Positions 61,744 through 64,000 of a stretch of 64,000 bases of DNA are shown here, piece after piece (the stretch's first letter is position 1; every line of letters starts with the position of its first letter). The notes beneath the pieces were generated by a model, which was not told the DNA's origin, did no database searches, and saw only the letters and a list, made by a program, of their open reading frames with translations. Position numbers and translations under genes: made by a program. The DNA comes from Eledone cirrhosa (Eukaryota), in contig OZ024745.1 in NCBI GenBank assembly GCA_964016885.1, forward strand, positions 99,634,001 through 99,698,000, written 5' to 3'.

Positions 61744-63022
61744 TAGAACTAACTACTTTCTGAAGATAACCACAACTACTCTCCACTTTTGATTATATTG
61801 AATATCAATTCTATATTTTCCATTAAAAGTTACTTGGGAAAATGTTTAACTCTTTTTTTTAAAATCATGTGAATGTCCTCTCTTACTGTCTATATATATG
61901 TCATAATTATAGCTAAACTGTCCCCATTGTCAACATTTAATAGCAATCTAATGCCATTATCACAGATAACTTTTATAATTTGAATTTAAAAGAAATAAAT
62001 CATCTTGCGTTATATTCTAAATAACACTAGTAAATTAATCTGATAAACTTTAAGACTTTAATTTGTAGATAAACAAACTCAAGAAAGCAATTATAACTAG
62101 CAATATAAATTAGTAACACAATTAGGATGTCATTCTTAAAACTTAAGCTAACAAGGCAAAATTTATTCATTTTATTTATTACATTTCTCAGGAACCATAT
62201 TTCTTAAACTTAATGAACTCTGTAATTTGAAGTCACAAAACACCGAAGTCGAAACAATTGAATTGGAAACAAAAACCTCTTAGCATATATAATTTTAAGC
62301 ACACAAAAAGTGGTAGAAGGCACAAAAACTGATATAGCTGTTAAATGTCACCGTCAATGCAATAACCATCATCATCATGGTATTTTAAGTTTCAGATAAA
62401 TTCTAATCTTTCATGAAAAATAGAATTTAAAAACATTGCAAAATAAGTATTGTTGTTGCTTGCAGTAAATAAACAACAAGTCTGGAATAACATTAAATTT
62501 CTCTTTTTCAGCATTTTATAACAGAGTTTTGTAATAATTATTTCCTTTATTCTTTTTTACCATTTTGCATAATTTTTGTAAGAGTAAATTCTATAAAAGT
62601 AAAAAAAGGAAAAAAAGAAAAAATATCCTAATAGGATTTTTCCTCTTACAATAGACATAAAACTTAAAATTTATATTTAACAGCTTTGCTAATAATGGTT
62701 TCTAATTTAGGAACAAGGAGGGTGTAAGTTTATTATGTTAACTCTCAGTATATAACTGGTAGTTTATCATATTGACCCAGAAAGGATGAAAAGCCAAATT
62801 GAATTCAACAGGATTTGAACTCAGAGTGCAAAGAGTCAGAACAAATACTCCAAAGCATTTGTTCAATGCTATAATGATTCTGCCAATCCACCATGCAGAA
62901 CTTCCCTAATAATGAAAAATAGAAGAAATATCAACTGAAAACTCTCATCACACATGTATATATACACCTGGTTGTTGAAGGTTTACTTGATAATTTCTGA
63001 GTTATCTACCTTGCCAGTTACA

Positions 63023-63208
63023 TAATTGTTTCTACTTTTGGCACAAGGCCAGCAATTATCCCAGTGTATTACTGGTACTTTATTTTATCGACCTCGTAAG
63101 GATGAAAGGCAAAGTTAACCTCGGCGAGATTTGAACACAGACCGTAAAGGGACGTAACTGTACTGCAAAGCATGGTGTCCGACCCTCTAACGATACTGCC
63201 AATCCACC
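63023..63208 (-). mobile_element. SINE family B with 19-bp TSD (older degraded copy at ~62695-62893)
   Basis: ACCTTGCCAGTTACATAAT at 63008 and 63206. Confidence 0.9.
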
Positions 63209-63509
63209 TTGCCAGTTACATAATATCAATGATTTTTGTTTACTTCTGGTGAGAACCATCAAAGTTTGATCAACAATTCCATATATGCAAAGTTTATCAA
63301 TCATGATGTCTCTTAATCCTTTAGTTACCAACCTGGCCAAAACCAGCTCTGGTTCAATGAAATAAAGTCCCCCATTTTAAAGAGTTCCAATTTGTATTAA
63401 AATCTTCCAACATAATTTTATATAAGAACCTTACTGTTACTATCTTAGTAATGAAATAATTAATAATTTTAGTAAATCCCTCATAATTCTTCATTAATTA
63501 ATTAAAATA

Positions 63510-63682
63510 GAGCACAAAGTACTCACTGTAAATTAGGAAGGGCATCCAACTGTAGAAAAAAGCCAGAATCAGTCCTGTATGAGCAAGACATGGTCACCCG
63601 ACCCAACTTTCCTCTAAATGGGACAATCCTGTCTAACCCATGCTAACGTGGAAGATGGACGTTAAATGATAATGATGATGAT
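63510..63682 (+). mobile_element. 3' part of an RTE-tailed SINE
   Basis: ttaggaagggcatcca...ctaacccatgcta...ggacgttaaatgataatgatgatg. Confidence 0.8.
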
Positions 63683-64000
63683 GTATTTCATTAGAAATGC
63701 AGTCATGTAAAGTTAAGCAAACTTTTTGAGCTTTAGTACCCAATCCTTGAAGAGATTTAACTCTCTGAGACACCCACCTCCCTTCCCATATGTACTCTCC
63801 AAATAGTAAATGGGAAGAATTCAAACAGAACTCTGTGAGGTTAGTTTTGTCCTCCAGCCTAAAAGGGCTTGAAAACAGCAAGAGTATTGTCTATGCAGCA
63901 GATTAGTTTTAGACCCCCCTCCCCCAAAACACCCAAACAAAAAACAAATAATACTTTTATTGCATTATTCTTATCTAGCACACAGACTAACCAGATGAAT

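Overview
AT-rich, repeat-dense eukaryotic DNA with no prokaryote-style genes. The repeat inventory suggests a coleoid cephalopod, most likely Octopus (inference). It comprises tRNA-headed SINEs with CORE-like or RTE-type (GAT)n tails, RTE LINE fragments, TTAA-flanked MITEs and very long TA/CA microsatellites. Almost all listed ORFs are microsatellite or repeat artefacts. Recognisable protein-coding remnants are RTE-clade LINE fragments and a CRE-clade restriction-like endonuclease fragment. A few short + strand exon candidates exist; the best is a terminal exon ending in the ER-retrieval-like motif REDL. The main hidden signal is a set of at least five, and up to seven, type I hammerhead-ribozyme motifs (CUGAnGA...GAAA...UH with pairing helix I, mostly with palindromic helix III). 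They lie in small, (TA)n-embedded, often fold-back elements resembling Penelope-like retroelement termini. Two diverged copies share a module of octamer box, hammerhead core about 90 nt downstream, and a 3' GTTTG/CAAAC hairpin. Other notable structures are a 1.9-kb 40-bp satellite born from a SINE-head/target-site junction, inverted SINE and MITE pairs able to form long dsRNA, and multiply nested transposons.
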